Shown in pieces: positions 43,906-51,863 of a stretch of 64,000 nt of DNA. Position 1 is the first letter of the stretch. Every line of letters begins with the position of its first letter. Source of the stretch: an uncultured Alphaproteobacteria bacterium (lineage in GTDB: Bacteria > Pseudomonadota > Alphaproteobacteria > Rhizobiales > Afifellaceae). The notes below the pieces were generated by a model. It was not told where the DNA came from, made no database searches, and was given only the letters and a program-made list of their open reading frames with translations. Position numbers and translations under genes: made by a program. Location of the stretch: the NCBI GenBank assembly GCA_963805325.1, contig CAWDTS010000014.1, positions 5,544 through 69,543 of the forward strand, given 5' to 3'.

Positions 43906-45236
43906 CAGGCCGCGGCCTGAATCTTTTGCGCGGAGAGGGACTTATCGGAAGCGGCTGCAATCCTCGCTGACATGATCTGACCCGCTGCGCCGCCTTCGAA
44001 CATGACCGGAAGATAATGCTCCGTGCGCCCAAATCCTGGTTTCTCCACGAGGATATTTCGAACCTTGCCCACCTCCGAGGATAGACGCGCGGACAGCGCA
44101 CTATGGCCCTGCCGCCGTACCGTCTGCGCGCGCGACCGCACAACGTCCGGCGCCGTCTGCGGCATGCGAGCGGCGGGCGTGCCGGGGCGCGGGGAGAAGG
44201 GGAAGACGTGGAGCAGCGTCAGCCCGCAATCGTCGATGAGCGCGCGCGTGTTCTGAAACATCTCTTCCGTCTCGGTCGGGAAGCCGGCGATCAGATCCGC
44301 GCCGAGGACGACATCAGTGCGCAGGCGGCGGACCACTTCGCAGAAGCGGATCGCGTCAGCGCGGCTGTGGCGCCGCTTCATGCGCTTCAGGATCATGTCG
44401 TCGCCGGACTGAAGCGAGAGGTGCAGGTGCGGCATCAGCCGCTCCTCCTCGGCGATGGCGCGCATCAGATCGTCGTCGACCTCGACGGAATCGATCGAGG
44501 TCAGGCGCAGGCGCGGAAGCTCCGGCACATGCTTCAGGATTTTCCGCACCAGCGCGCCGAGCTTCGGGCGGCCGGGAAGGTCGGCGCCGTAGGCGGTGAC
44601 ATCGACGCCGGTCAACACAATTTCCCGGGCGCCGCGCTCCACAAGCCGGCGCACCGCGTCGACCACCGCGCCCATCGGCACGGAACGCGAATTGCCCCGC
44701 CCGTAAGGGATGACGCAGAAGGTGCAGCGATGATCGCAGCCGTTCTGCACCTGCACGAAGGCGCGGGCTTTTTCCTTCGCGGCGCTGAAGCCGTCGAGCA
44801 GATGCGCGGCGGTGTCGCGCACCGAGAAGATGTCGCCGACGCGGATTTTTGCTGAAGTCGAGAGACCGAAGTCGGGGAGGGGCGACCTTGTTCCAAGCAC
44901 CTCAGCATGAGGGGGATTGAGTGAGTTCCGTAGGCGTTGATAGGACTCCGCGTGAAGCTTCTCCTCGTTGCCGAGGACGAGATCGACCTCCGGCATCGCG
45001 GCAAATTTTTCCGGCTCGGTCTGCGCGGCGCAGCCGGAGACGACGATCTTTTTGCGCGGATGCTCGCGGCGAGCCCTGCGGATCGCCTGCCGCGCCTGTC
45101 GCACGGCCTCCGACGTCACCGCGCAGGTGTTGACGAGGATCGCGTCGTTCAGGCCAGCCTCCTGCGCGCGGGATTGCATGGCGCGCAACTCCGCGGCGTT
45201 CAGACGACAGCCGAAGGTGAGGGTTGTGGGGGGCAT
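43905..45236 (-). CDS. mtaB: tRNA methylthiotransferase MtaB (radical SAM, MiaB family)
   Basis: Evidence: the N-terminal TFGCRLN...NTCAVT...SGC cluster, the radical-SAM motif NGCDHRCTFCVIPYGRG, and a TRAM tail. ATG at 45236. Confidence 0.85.
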   Translation of the reverse strand: MPPTTLTFGCRLNAAELRAMQSRAQEAGLNDAILVNTCAVTSEAVRQARQAIRRARREHPRKKIVVSGCAAQTEPEKFAAMPEVDLVLGNEEKLHAESYQRLRNSLNPPHAEVLGTRSPLPDFGLSTSAKIRVGDIFSVRDTAAHLLDGFSAAKEKARAFVQVQNGCDHRCTFCVIPYGRGNSRSVPMGAVVDAVRRLVERGAREIVLTGVDVTAYGADLPGRPKLGALVRKILKHVPELPRLRLTSIDSVEVDDDLMRAIAEEERLMPHLHLSLQSGDDMILKRMKRRHSRADAIRFCEVVRRLRTDVVLGADLIAGFPTETEEMFQNTRALIDDCGLTLLHVFPFSPRPGTPAARMPQTAPDVVRSRAQTVRRQGHSALSARLSSEVGKVRNILVEKPGFGRTEHYLPVMFEGGAAGQIMSARIAAASDKSLSAQKIQAAA

Positions 45237-45725
45237 TGGCGGAGATGTAGCGGGGATGGGGCGGGTGTCAAATGTCGGAGGCGATTTTGCCCGATGAACC
45301 GACTGGGCCGGATTCCTGCGACGAGAAGGTGATCGCGCAGCGCCCTGGAGCCGCGCGTTAATCGTGCGGTCGCCGCGGATATCTTCAACGCTCCACATCG
45401 AAAAGCTCTTCTTGTAAATCCGTGTTTCGTTCGCGTTGTGACAAGTTGACGGAAATAAAATGAGGGAAGAGAAGCAGAAGAAAACGAGTTGATCTTCCGT
45501 ACTGGAGGCGAATTTTATATCTTTTCGGCGCGTAATGGCGTAAGGTGCATTTTGCGTTCGGCTTGCGGTCTGCGTGAATTCCTGCCGGTCCGGTCTTGCC
45601 TGGCGCTCTTAGGATACATGCAGCGCGAATCCGGCACGTCATAACGCAGCGGCGCCGTCGCGTTGAGCTTTGCAGCGTGATCCCATGCTGCGCTCAGGCT
45701 GCCTTTCCCGAGGAGGGAAAATCGG

Positions 45726-45944
45726 ATGGCAATCAGTGGACTCGCGCGACGAAGCGGTGGGCTCGATATCGTGACGCATCATCTTCATGCGGCGCAGGCG
45801 AAGTGGGACCGGCTGACGGCCTCCGACTATGCAGCCGTCCGGACTGCGCGCGACCTGATCTCCTCTGTTCAGACCCGCTACAGCCTGACGCACGAACAGG
45901 CGAAGCGCGACGTCGAGCTTTGGCTGCAAGATGTCGGACGCTAG
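45726..45944 (+). CDS. small CsbD-like protein (divergent)
   Basis: 72 aa. KWDRLTASDYAAVRTARDLISSVQTRYSLTHEQAKRDVELWL parallels the CsbD pattern KWGKLTDDDL..I.G.RD.L.GKIQE.YG....EA..EV..W. GGAGGG is upstream. Confidence 0.45.
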   Translation: MAISGLARRSGGLDIVTHHLHAAQAKWDRLTASDYAAVRTARDLISSVQTRYSLTHEQAKRDVELWLQDVGR

Positions 45945-46254
45945 CCCTTCATCGATCCCGACTGCAGAGCGCGTTGCGCGCGAGAGCGTCACCTTCGCGA
46001 AGCCGTTCTTCGTCGAGGGCCTCGGCCGCGAACAGCCGGCCGGGACCTACAAGGTCGAGATCGTCGAAGAGCTGATCGAAGGCCTTTCGTTCCTCGCCTA
46101 TCGCGTCGTGTCGACGTCGATCGTGCTTCCGCTAGCGGGAGGCGGCGCGCATTCCTATCAGCACGTGCCGATCAATTCCGCACTGGTTCGCGCGGCATTG
46201 CGGAAGGACAGCGGCGGGCGGCAGCCGCTGCACTATTCGAGCGTGCAGGATTGA
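45931..46254 (+). CDS. hypothetical protein (107 aa)
   Basis: It overlaps the previous ORF by 14 nt. The composition is protein-like (FFVEGLGREQPAGTYKVEIVEELIEGLSFLAYRVV). No family recognised. Confidence 0.45.
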   Translation: MSDASPSSIPTAERVARESVTFAKPFFVEGLGREQPAGTYKVEIVEELIEGLSFLAYRVVSTSIVLPLAGGGAHSYQHVPINSALVRAALRKDSGGRQPLHYSSVQD

Positions 46255-46309
46255 TGCCGCGAGGTCGTAGGCGCTTCGGCGCGCACGCCATGCCCTTCTG
46301 CAGGCGTCG

Positions 46310-46651
46310 ATGACGAATCGGACGATCGAGCTCGACAAGCATCGCGGAATGGCGGCGCAGAAAGCGACCGAGCTGCGGCGGCTGGTGGGCGAGGTCGCCG
46401 CCGACCGCGCGAACCTCAAGGCGCGACAGGACGAGCTTGAAAAGCACCTGGTGGCGGCGCCGGCCACGACCTGGCCCGACGTCGCGGCGAAGACGCGCTA
46501 CCTTCTCTCGCTTTTCTCCGCCACGTCGGAAGCCCAGGACCCGCGCCGCAAGACGCTCATCGCCAATCTCCTCGACGACTTCGAGCGACTCATCGGCGAC
46601 TCAGATTCCGATTCTGACGACCCGCAGACGCCGGCGGACGGCGAAGAGTGA
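46310..46651 (+). CDS. hypothetical coiled-coil protein with acidic tail (113 aa)
   Basis: It has a heptad-like N-terminal half and a DSDSDSDDPQTPADGEE tail. No family recognised. Confidence 0.4.
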   Translation: MTNRTIELDKHRGMAAQKATELRRLVGEVAADRANLKARQDELEKHLVAAPATTWPDVAAKTRYLLSLFSATSEAQDPRRKTLIANLLDDFERLIGDSDSDSDDPQTPADGEE

Positions 46652-46764
46652 TCGCGCCGACGGGAAATTCCGTACGAGGCTCGGGCCAAATCCAGATCGG
46701 CGCGCGTTTCTCTTAATCAAAGGATATCGCAGCGCTTTTCCTGAATTCTTGGCCCGACATCGGG

Positions 46765-46906
46765 TCAGTATTTGAGCGCTGCCTGGATCATAATCAGTAT
46801 TTATGTTTGCCTAATTTATAATAAAGGCGCACAGTATTACTGTCGGATATCCCTATTGGCTTCGAAACCGAATGCGGGCCCGTATCGATCCCGATTTTAT
46901 TCGAAA
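46765..46906. repeat. AT-rich control region with repeated CAGTATT and TTCGAAA motifs
   Basis: TCAGTATTT occurs at 46765-73 and 46794-802. The palindrome ACAGTA-t-TACTGT lies at 46831-43. TTCGAAA occurs at 46861-67 and 46900-06. All lie in the roughly 150 bp upstream of the ATG at 46924. Confidence 0.6.
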
Positions 46907-46923
46907 TAGAGGGAGAGATACCC

Positions 46924-47265
46924 ATGACATTCAGCGAACGCATTGAGGCGAGCAAGCCTTACCTGGCGGGCATCGTTATCGGGCTCATCGCCGCGCCGAT
47001 CATCGGCTTCAGCGCCGGATGGGTTTCAACGACCGGGGCGCGCACAGAGGCGGTCCAGAACGCCCGCGTCGAGACGCTGGCCAGCGTCTGCTCGGCGACG
47101 GCTGAGAAGATGGCGGCTGCCGATGCCACGGATCTTGCGACGATCAAGGGCTACGAGAATCGCGCCAAGCGCGAGGCGCTGGTCGCCGCAGCGATGGGCG
47201 ACATGCAGACGCCGGACGCGCTTGTGAGGCAGGTCACCAACAGCTGCAATCGCACGCTGGCGTAA
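46924..47265 (+). CDS. membrane-anchored hypothetical protein (113 aa)
   Basis: GAGGGAGAG is upstream. It has one N-terminal TM helix (YLAGIVIGLIAAPIIGFSAGWV). No family recognised. Confidence 0.5.
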   Translation: MTFSERIEASKPYLAGIVIGLIAAPIIGFSAGWVSTTGARTEAVQNARVETLASVCSATAEKMAAADATDLATIKGYENRAKREALVAAAMGDMQTPDALVRQVTNSCNRTLA

Positions 47266-47323
47266 AGCAGGCGGCGGAAGGGAGCGCCGCTGAGGCGCTC
47301 CAGGGCGAACAGGAGGCGCGCTG

Positions 47324-47533
47324 CTATTCCAGCGCGCCGCGGATTTCCTTGAGAGCGCCGAGGATCTGCTGGGGCGTGACCTTGGCGATGTCCTCCGGCG
47401 CCGGACGGATGTCTTCAGGGAGCACGGCCGCGAAGAGGGTCGGCCCGTAGCGTAGCGCGCCGAGCAGCAGCAGGGCGCTGAACATCATCCACAGGAGCGT
47501 GCGGGAAAGAACTGAGAGCGCGGCGCGCAGCAT
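47324..47533 (-). CDS. small membrane protein (69 aa), downstream of dapF on the same strand
   Basis: It has a single hydrophobic helix (TLLWMMFSALLLLGAL) and a charged tail. The call is tentative. Confidence 0.35.
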   Translation of the reverse strand: MLRAALSVLSRTLLWMMFSALLLLGALRYGPTLFAAVLPEDIRPAPEDIAKVTPQQILGALKEIRGALE

Positions 47534-47769
47534 GGATATGCTCCATCAGACTGCGGCCTCCTCGCGGATATGTCTAAAGCATTGGGCGCAAAGGGCAAGG
47601 GGAGCCGGCGCCTCGACGCTGCCGTGTTCCGGATGAGGTGCGCGCAGGCTACCGCGAACCCTCTCCTGGACCACACCCCCTCTCGCTGCCGTCGGCGTTG
47701 TTGGTCGTTTCGCGACCTCTCCCAGAGCTTGCGGAACGCAAGCTCTCCGCCTTCCCCATATGGTCGAGA

Positions 47770-48645
47770 TTACGCCGCGACGCCTTCGCGCGTGAAAGCG
47801 CCGGTCTCCGGATCGAAGGCGCCAGTGAATTCAAGCTCCGCCGGGCCGGTCATCCAGATGTGATCGCGGGCGTCCCACTCGATAAAGAGGTCGCCGCCGG
47901 GAAGGCTGATGGTCGCAGCACGGCCCGTGCGTCTGGTGCGGGCGGCGCAGACGAGCGTCGCACAGGCACCGGTGCCGCAGGCGCGCGTCTCGCCGACGCC
48001 GCGCTCCCAGGTGCGGAGCTTGATCGCGTCCGGCGCCGTCACCTGCGCGAGCGAGATGTTGGCGCGCTCCGGGAAGATCGGGTGGTTTTCAAGCATCGGG
48101 CCGAAGCGCGCGAGGTCATAGGCGTCGACGTCCTCGACCCAGAAGATCGCGTGCGGATTGCCGACATTGGCGACCGAGGGCGAATGCAGCACCGGCGCTT
48201 CGATCGGCCCAACCTGAAGCTCGATCGCGCGCGTGTCGCGGAACTCCTCGGCGAGCGGGATATACTGCCAGCCAAACTTCGGCACGCCCATGTCGACGGA
48301 GATGAGGTCCGCGTCGCCCGTCGGCCGCGCGAAGAGGAGGCCGGCGACGGTCTCGATCGCGGCTGTGTTGCGGCCGGTCTCCGACATCAGGAGCCGCCCG
48401 ACGCAGCGGGTGGCGTTGCCGCAGGCCTCGACCTCGCCACCGTCGGCGTTGTCGATGCGCATGAAGGCGTCGGCCGGGGACCTGCCCGGCTCGATGGTGA
48501 TGAACTGGTCGAAGCCGACGCCGGTCTTGCGGTTGGCGAGCACGCGGATGACTTCCGGCCGCGGGCGCACGGGCGCTGCCCTCGCGTCAACGACCAGGAA
48601 GTCGTTGCCGAGGCCGTTCATCTTGCGGAACGGGATCATGGGCAT
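47770..48645 (-). CDS. dapF: diaminopimelate epimerase
   Basis: Evidence: [15 protein letters not shown], the catalytic Cys motifs GNATRC and [10 protein letters not shown], and a 291-aa length. Confidence 0.9.
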   Translation of the reverse strand: MPMIPFRKMNGLGNDFLVVDARAAPVRPRPEVIRVLANRKTGVGFDQFITIEPGRSPADAFMRIDNADGGEVEACGNATRCVGRLLMSETGRNTAAIETVAGLLFARPTGDADLISVDMGVPKFGWQYIPLAEEFRDTRAIELQVGPIEAPVLHSPSVANVGNPHAIFWVEDVDAYDLARFGPMLENHPIFPERANISLAQVTAPDAIKLRTWERGVGETRACGTGACATLVCAARTRRTGRAATISLPGGDLFIEWDARDHIWMTGPAELEFTGAFDPETGAFTREGVAA

Positions 48646-48783
48646 TTCAGGACCTTGGGGGCGCGCTGCTCCTAAGGCTGCTATATGGCTGAAAGGGACG
48701 AGGGGTTAAAGGGCCTCGCGCGCCGCCGCGCTCGAGGCTAATTTCACCAGCGGGGCGTTTTTCGCCATCCGAGAGAGGACACC

Positions 48784-48927
48784 ATGGCCAAGGGACAACA
48801 ACGTAGCGCCAAGGAAGACCGAAAAAAGAAGAGCGAGGACAAAAAGGACAAGACGCCGCGCTATCTGCGGGGCACTTCGGCCACCGCGATCGGCAAGGCG
48901 AGCGCCGCGACGGAGTCGAAGAAATAG
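48784..48927 (+). CDS. small highly basic protein (47 aa), below the ORF-track length cutoff
   Basis: ATG at 48784 is preceded by GAGAGAGGA. The product is MAKGQQRSAKEDRKKKSEDKKDKTPRYLRGTSATAIGKASAATESKK, with stop TAG at 48925-27. It resembles the short Lys-rich peptides common in Rhizobiales. Confidence 0.4.
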   Translation: MAKGQQRSAKEDRKKKSEDKKDKTPRYLRGTSATAIGKASAATESKK

Positions 48928-48959
48928 CCATCGCCGGTCTTCTGCACCGGGTTTTTGGC

Positions 48960-49748
48960 TTGGCGCTCATTCTTTTCGTCGCGGCGCCTGCATCCGCGGC
49001 GGAAATGCTCGATCTTTACCAGGCGCGGCCGATCGTGACGGGGACGGGCGAGACGAACCGCGCGATCGGGTTCGCCCTGGCGCTGGAAGAGGTGCTGATC
49101 AAGGTTTCGGGCGACGCACGGCTGCTCGGCGATCCGCGGCTCAAGACGATCGACGCCGGCGCGCTCGTCGCGTCTTTCACCTATCGCGACCGCATGGAGG
49201 GCATCCCGCTCCACGACGAGCAGGGCTCGCACGACCGGCCGCATGATCTGACCGTCACCTTCGATCACGACAAGATCGACGCGGCGTTAGCCTCGCTTGG
49301 CGACGCGCCGTGGACCGCGCCGCGCCCGACGCTCGTCATGTTTCTCGGCGTGACCAATGGCGATCGCCGCTTCGTGCTCTCGGCGGAAAACGAGCGCGGC
49401 ATCGACATGCGCGCGTCGCTCGACAACGCCACGTTCCGCGTCAACATCCCGGTGAAAGAGCCGAGCGACGCGGCGCTGGCGGCTGCGGGGCTTACCGTCG
49501 CGACGCTGCCCGATGCCGACCTTGAGACGCTCGACAGGCTGGCGAAGGAGGCGGGAGGCGACAAGGCTATTGCTGGCACGCTCGACTTTTCCGATCAGGC
49601 GCATGGTTGGCTCGTGCATTGGCGGATGCGCGGGGCGGACGGGAAAACCTATGAATGGCGGCAGGCGGGAGTCAGCTTCGACGACGCCTTCCGCAACGCC
49701 GTGCGCGGCGCGGCGCAGGTGCTTTCCGGGCACGGCCAGCCTGAATGA
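48960..49748 (+). CDS. secreted DUF2066-like protein (start uncertain)
   Basis: Evidence: ..LYQARPIVTGTGETNRAIGFALALEEVLIKVSGD.., as in DUF2066 proteins. The only in-frame start is TTG at 48960, which gives a very short signal n-region. Confidence 0.5.
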   Translation: MALILFVAAPASAAEMLDLYQARPIVTGTGETNRAIGFALALEEVLIKVSGDARLLGDPRLKTIDAGALVASFTYRDRMEGIPLHDEQGSHDRPHDLTVTFDHDKIDAALASLGDAPWTAPRPTLVMFLGVTNGDRRFVLSAENERGIDMRASLDNATFRVNIPVKEPSDAALAAAGLTVATLPDADLETLDRLAKEAGGDKAIAGTLDFSDQAHGWLVHWRMRGADGKTYEWRQAGVSFDDAFRNAVRGAAQVLSGHGQPE

Positions 49749-49758
49749 GCCGAAAAGG

Positions 49759-51273
49759 CTAAAGCTCGCAGACGACGCGCATCCCGACGCGCCCCTGCCA
49801 GCCGACGGAGTCGCTGCGCATCGCGTCGCGGTAGGCTGAGCGGCAGATAGCGGCGTTGTGCGACCAGGCGCCGCCGCGCAGAACATGATCGCCGCCGGGC
49901 CCGACATAGGGCGCGCCGTCCTTCGGGATCAGGCGATACTCGGCGAGCGCGGTGTCGAGGCAATGCTCCCAGACGTTGCCATGCATCTGGAAGAGGCCGA
50001 AGCGGTTCGGCGGATAGGCGCGCGCCGGCATCGTCCCGTTCTTGAAGCCGCCGATCGGCCCACGGTCATAGGCGCCGCGCGGAAAGGCCATGTTGTTGTA
50101 CACGTCGCTCGATATGTCCTCGCCCCGGTCCATGCCGCAGACGGCGCCGCCGGTGCCGCAATAGTTGGCGAGATCCGAGGTCAGCGTCGGTCCGAAATGA
50201 AACGGCGTCGTGGTGCGGGCGCGGCAGGCGTATTCCCATTCCGCCTCGCTCGGCAGCCGGCAGCGGAACCCAGTCACCTTCGACAGGCGGCGGCAGAACT
50301 CCGTCGCGTGATTCCAGCTGATCGTCTCGACCGGCAGATCGTCGCCGCGGAAGAAAGACGGGTAGGGCGCAAGCGTCTGTCCGCCGGTCTCCTCCACCCG
50401 GTTGACCACCGCGGCCCATTGGCCTTGCGTGATCGCGGTGCGGGTCATCGCGAATTCCTTGAGCTCGACGAACTCCTGCGGGCCCTCGTTCGACCGCCGT
50501 TGCGGCTCGTGCTCGGGCGAGCCAATCTGGAATCCGCCGGCCGGAACAATGGAGAATTCGAGCGACGTGGTGTCGTTCAGCGGCGCGTCGAAGACGTCAA
50601 TCGTCTGCGGCTGCGAAGGCTGCTCGTCGCCGGTGTCGTCGACGGTGACGAGATCGAATTTTTCCGCGTGCGGCGCCGGAACGCCGCGGCGCAGCCGCGC
50701 CGGCATGTCGAACATCATCATCGCAGCAGCGGATGCGACGCCCACTCCAGCGACGCCGAGCCCGAGCTGCAGGAGTCGGCGTCGCGGTATCGAGGTCCGC
50801 AACGGAGCGGCGGGCGCCGTCGCCGGAGCGACCGCGATCGGCACGCGAGCAGCGCCCGCGTCTGTGGGGATCGGCGCGGCGCCGTCGCGCACGAGACGCC
50901 TGACGCCGGCCAAGAATTGCACGGCGCGATGATCTTCGGCGTCGCCGGACCAGTTGGAGAAGTCGGGCGTCTGATATTGCCGAAAGCCGAGCGGCGGCGT
51001 GACGCCGTCAAGGCTTAGCGGAACGAGGATGCCGCGGTCACGGCCCGCCGCCGCTTCGTCGCATACCCAAACGGCGTTGACGGAGCTTGCCGACCACGCG
51101 ACGACCACGCAGCGCGCCGTCTCGATCTCGCGATGAATGACGAGACCGAAGCGCTCTCCCGCGACGAGCGTCGGGTCCCACCAGACGGAGAAGCCCTCGC
51201 GCTCAAGCAGGCGCACCAAGGGCTCTACGCGCGCGCGATCCTCGCGCTTGTAGCTGACAAATATCTCGGCCAT
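49759..51273 (-). CDS. TIR domain / single TM / FGE-sulfatase (SUMF1-like) domain protein
   Basis: aa 1-130 form a TIR_2-like domain (EIFVSYKREDR, CVVVAWSASSVNAVWVCDEAAAG with Glu73). aa 166-188 form a TM helix preceded by RRR. aa 235-504 are FGE-sulfatase-like (ISWNHATEFCRRLS, LPSEAEWEYACRA, NRFGLFQMHGNVWEHCLD, HVLRGGAWSHNAAICRSAYR). The 504-aa ORF is intact. Confidence 0.8.
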   Translation of the reverse strand: MAEIFVSYKREDRARVEPLVRLLEREGFSVWWDPTLVAGERFGLVIHREIETARCVVVAWSASSVNAVWVCDEAAAGRDRGILVPLSLDGVTPPLGFRQYQTPDFSNWSGDAEDHRAVQFLAGVRRLVRDGAAPIPTDAGAARVPIAVAPATAPAAPLRTSIPRRRLLQLGLGVAGVGVASAAAMMMFDMPARLRRGVPAPHAEKFDLVTVDDTGDEQPSQPQTIDVFDAPLNDTTSLEFSIVPAGGFQIGSPEHEPQRRSNEGPQEFVELKEFAMTRTAITQGQWAAVVNRVEETGGQTLAPYPSFFRGDDLPVETISWNHATEFCRRLSKVTGFRCRLPSEAEWEYACRARTTTPFHFGPTLTSDLANYCGTGGAVCGMDRGEDISSDVYNNMAFPRGAYDRGPIGGFKNGTMPARAYPPNRFGLFQMHGNVWEHCLDTALAEYRLIPKDGAPYVGPGGDHVLRGGAWSHNAAICRSAYRDAMRSDSVGWQGRVGMRVVCEL

Positions 51274-51365
51274 GCCCAGTCGGAGCCAATCCGAAGTCGA
51301 CGCGGGAAGGATAGATCAGGGCGAGGGGAGGCGCGCAAGTTTCGGGAGCAGACGCGGGGCCGTCG

Positions 51366-51762
51366 CTCAATTCATTCCGCCGCCTCCGCTACCGCCGCCC
51401 CATGCCGCCACCAGTGCCACTACTGTTCATGCCGCCGGTATCGCCGCCGGTATTACCGCTCCCGGAGGAGCTGCTGCCGCGGGTGGACGCCGGAGTCGTC
51501 GGTCGTGCCGGGTGCTTGCGGGGGTTGTTTGCCGGTCGACAAGCTTCGCGGTGGCGGGTTGCCGTGCGCCGTTCTTCGGACAGGCCCAAAGCGACTGGCC
51601 GCCGAACTTCTGGAGGCCGCACCAGGGATCGGGGCGCGGAACGTCTTCGCCGCTCGGCGTGGTCGTGTAGTAGTAGCGCACGTTCTCGTCGCTTTGTGCA
51701 AAGGACTGACCGGCGCCGGCCGATAACACGCAAAGCGCGAATGCCAAGAGACGTGCCTGCAT
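51366..51762 (-). pseudogene. small secreted protein with Gly/Ser-rich tail, frame uncertain
   Basis: It has a signal peptide (MQARLLAFALCVLSAGAGQSFA/QS) and a Cys pair (WCGLQKFGGQSLWACP). The Gly-rich tail (GSSSSGSGNTGGDTGGMNSSGTGGGMG.., ..GGGSGGGGMN*) appears only in the other two frames, implying one or two frame changes near 51400-51560. Confidence 0.3.
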
Positions 51763-51863
51763 GAGCTCCTCGCGAGAGCGATACCCCTAAGAATCTCGCA
51801 GCTTCCGAATGTGTTGTCCACCCGGCGAAAGGGTCACACGCCGCGCGCGTTCGTTCGCCGACT

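Noticed and set aside
45385-45642. An 85-aa minus-strand ORF in the AT-rich segment upstream of mtaB.
   Set aside because: It has no ribosome-binding site and a composition driven by the AT-rich promoter-like DNA. It would overlap the mtaB upstream region. It is probably non-coding.
45600-45725. A search for an EcfG/PhyR general-stress promoter (GGAAC-N16-17-CGTT) upstream of the CsbD-like ORF.
   Set aside because: A CGTT is present at 45661, but the upstream element is only cATAAC at N15 spacing. That is too weak to call.
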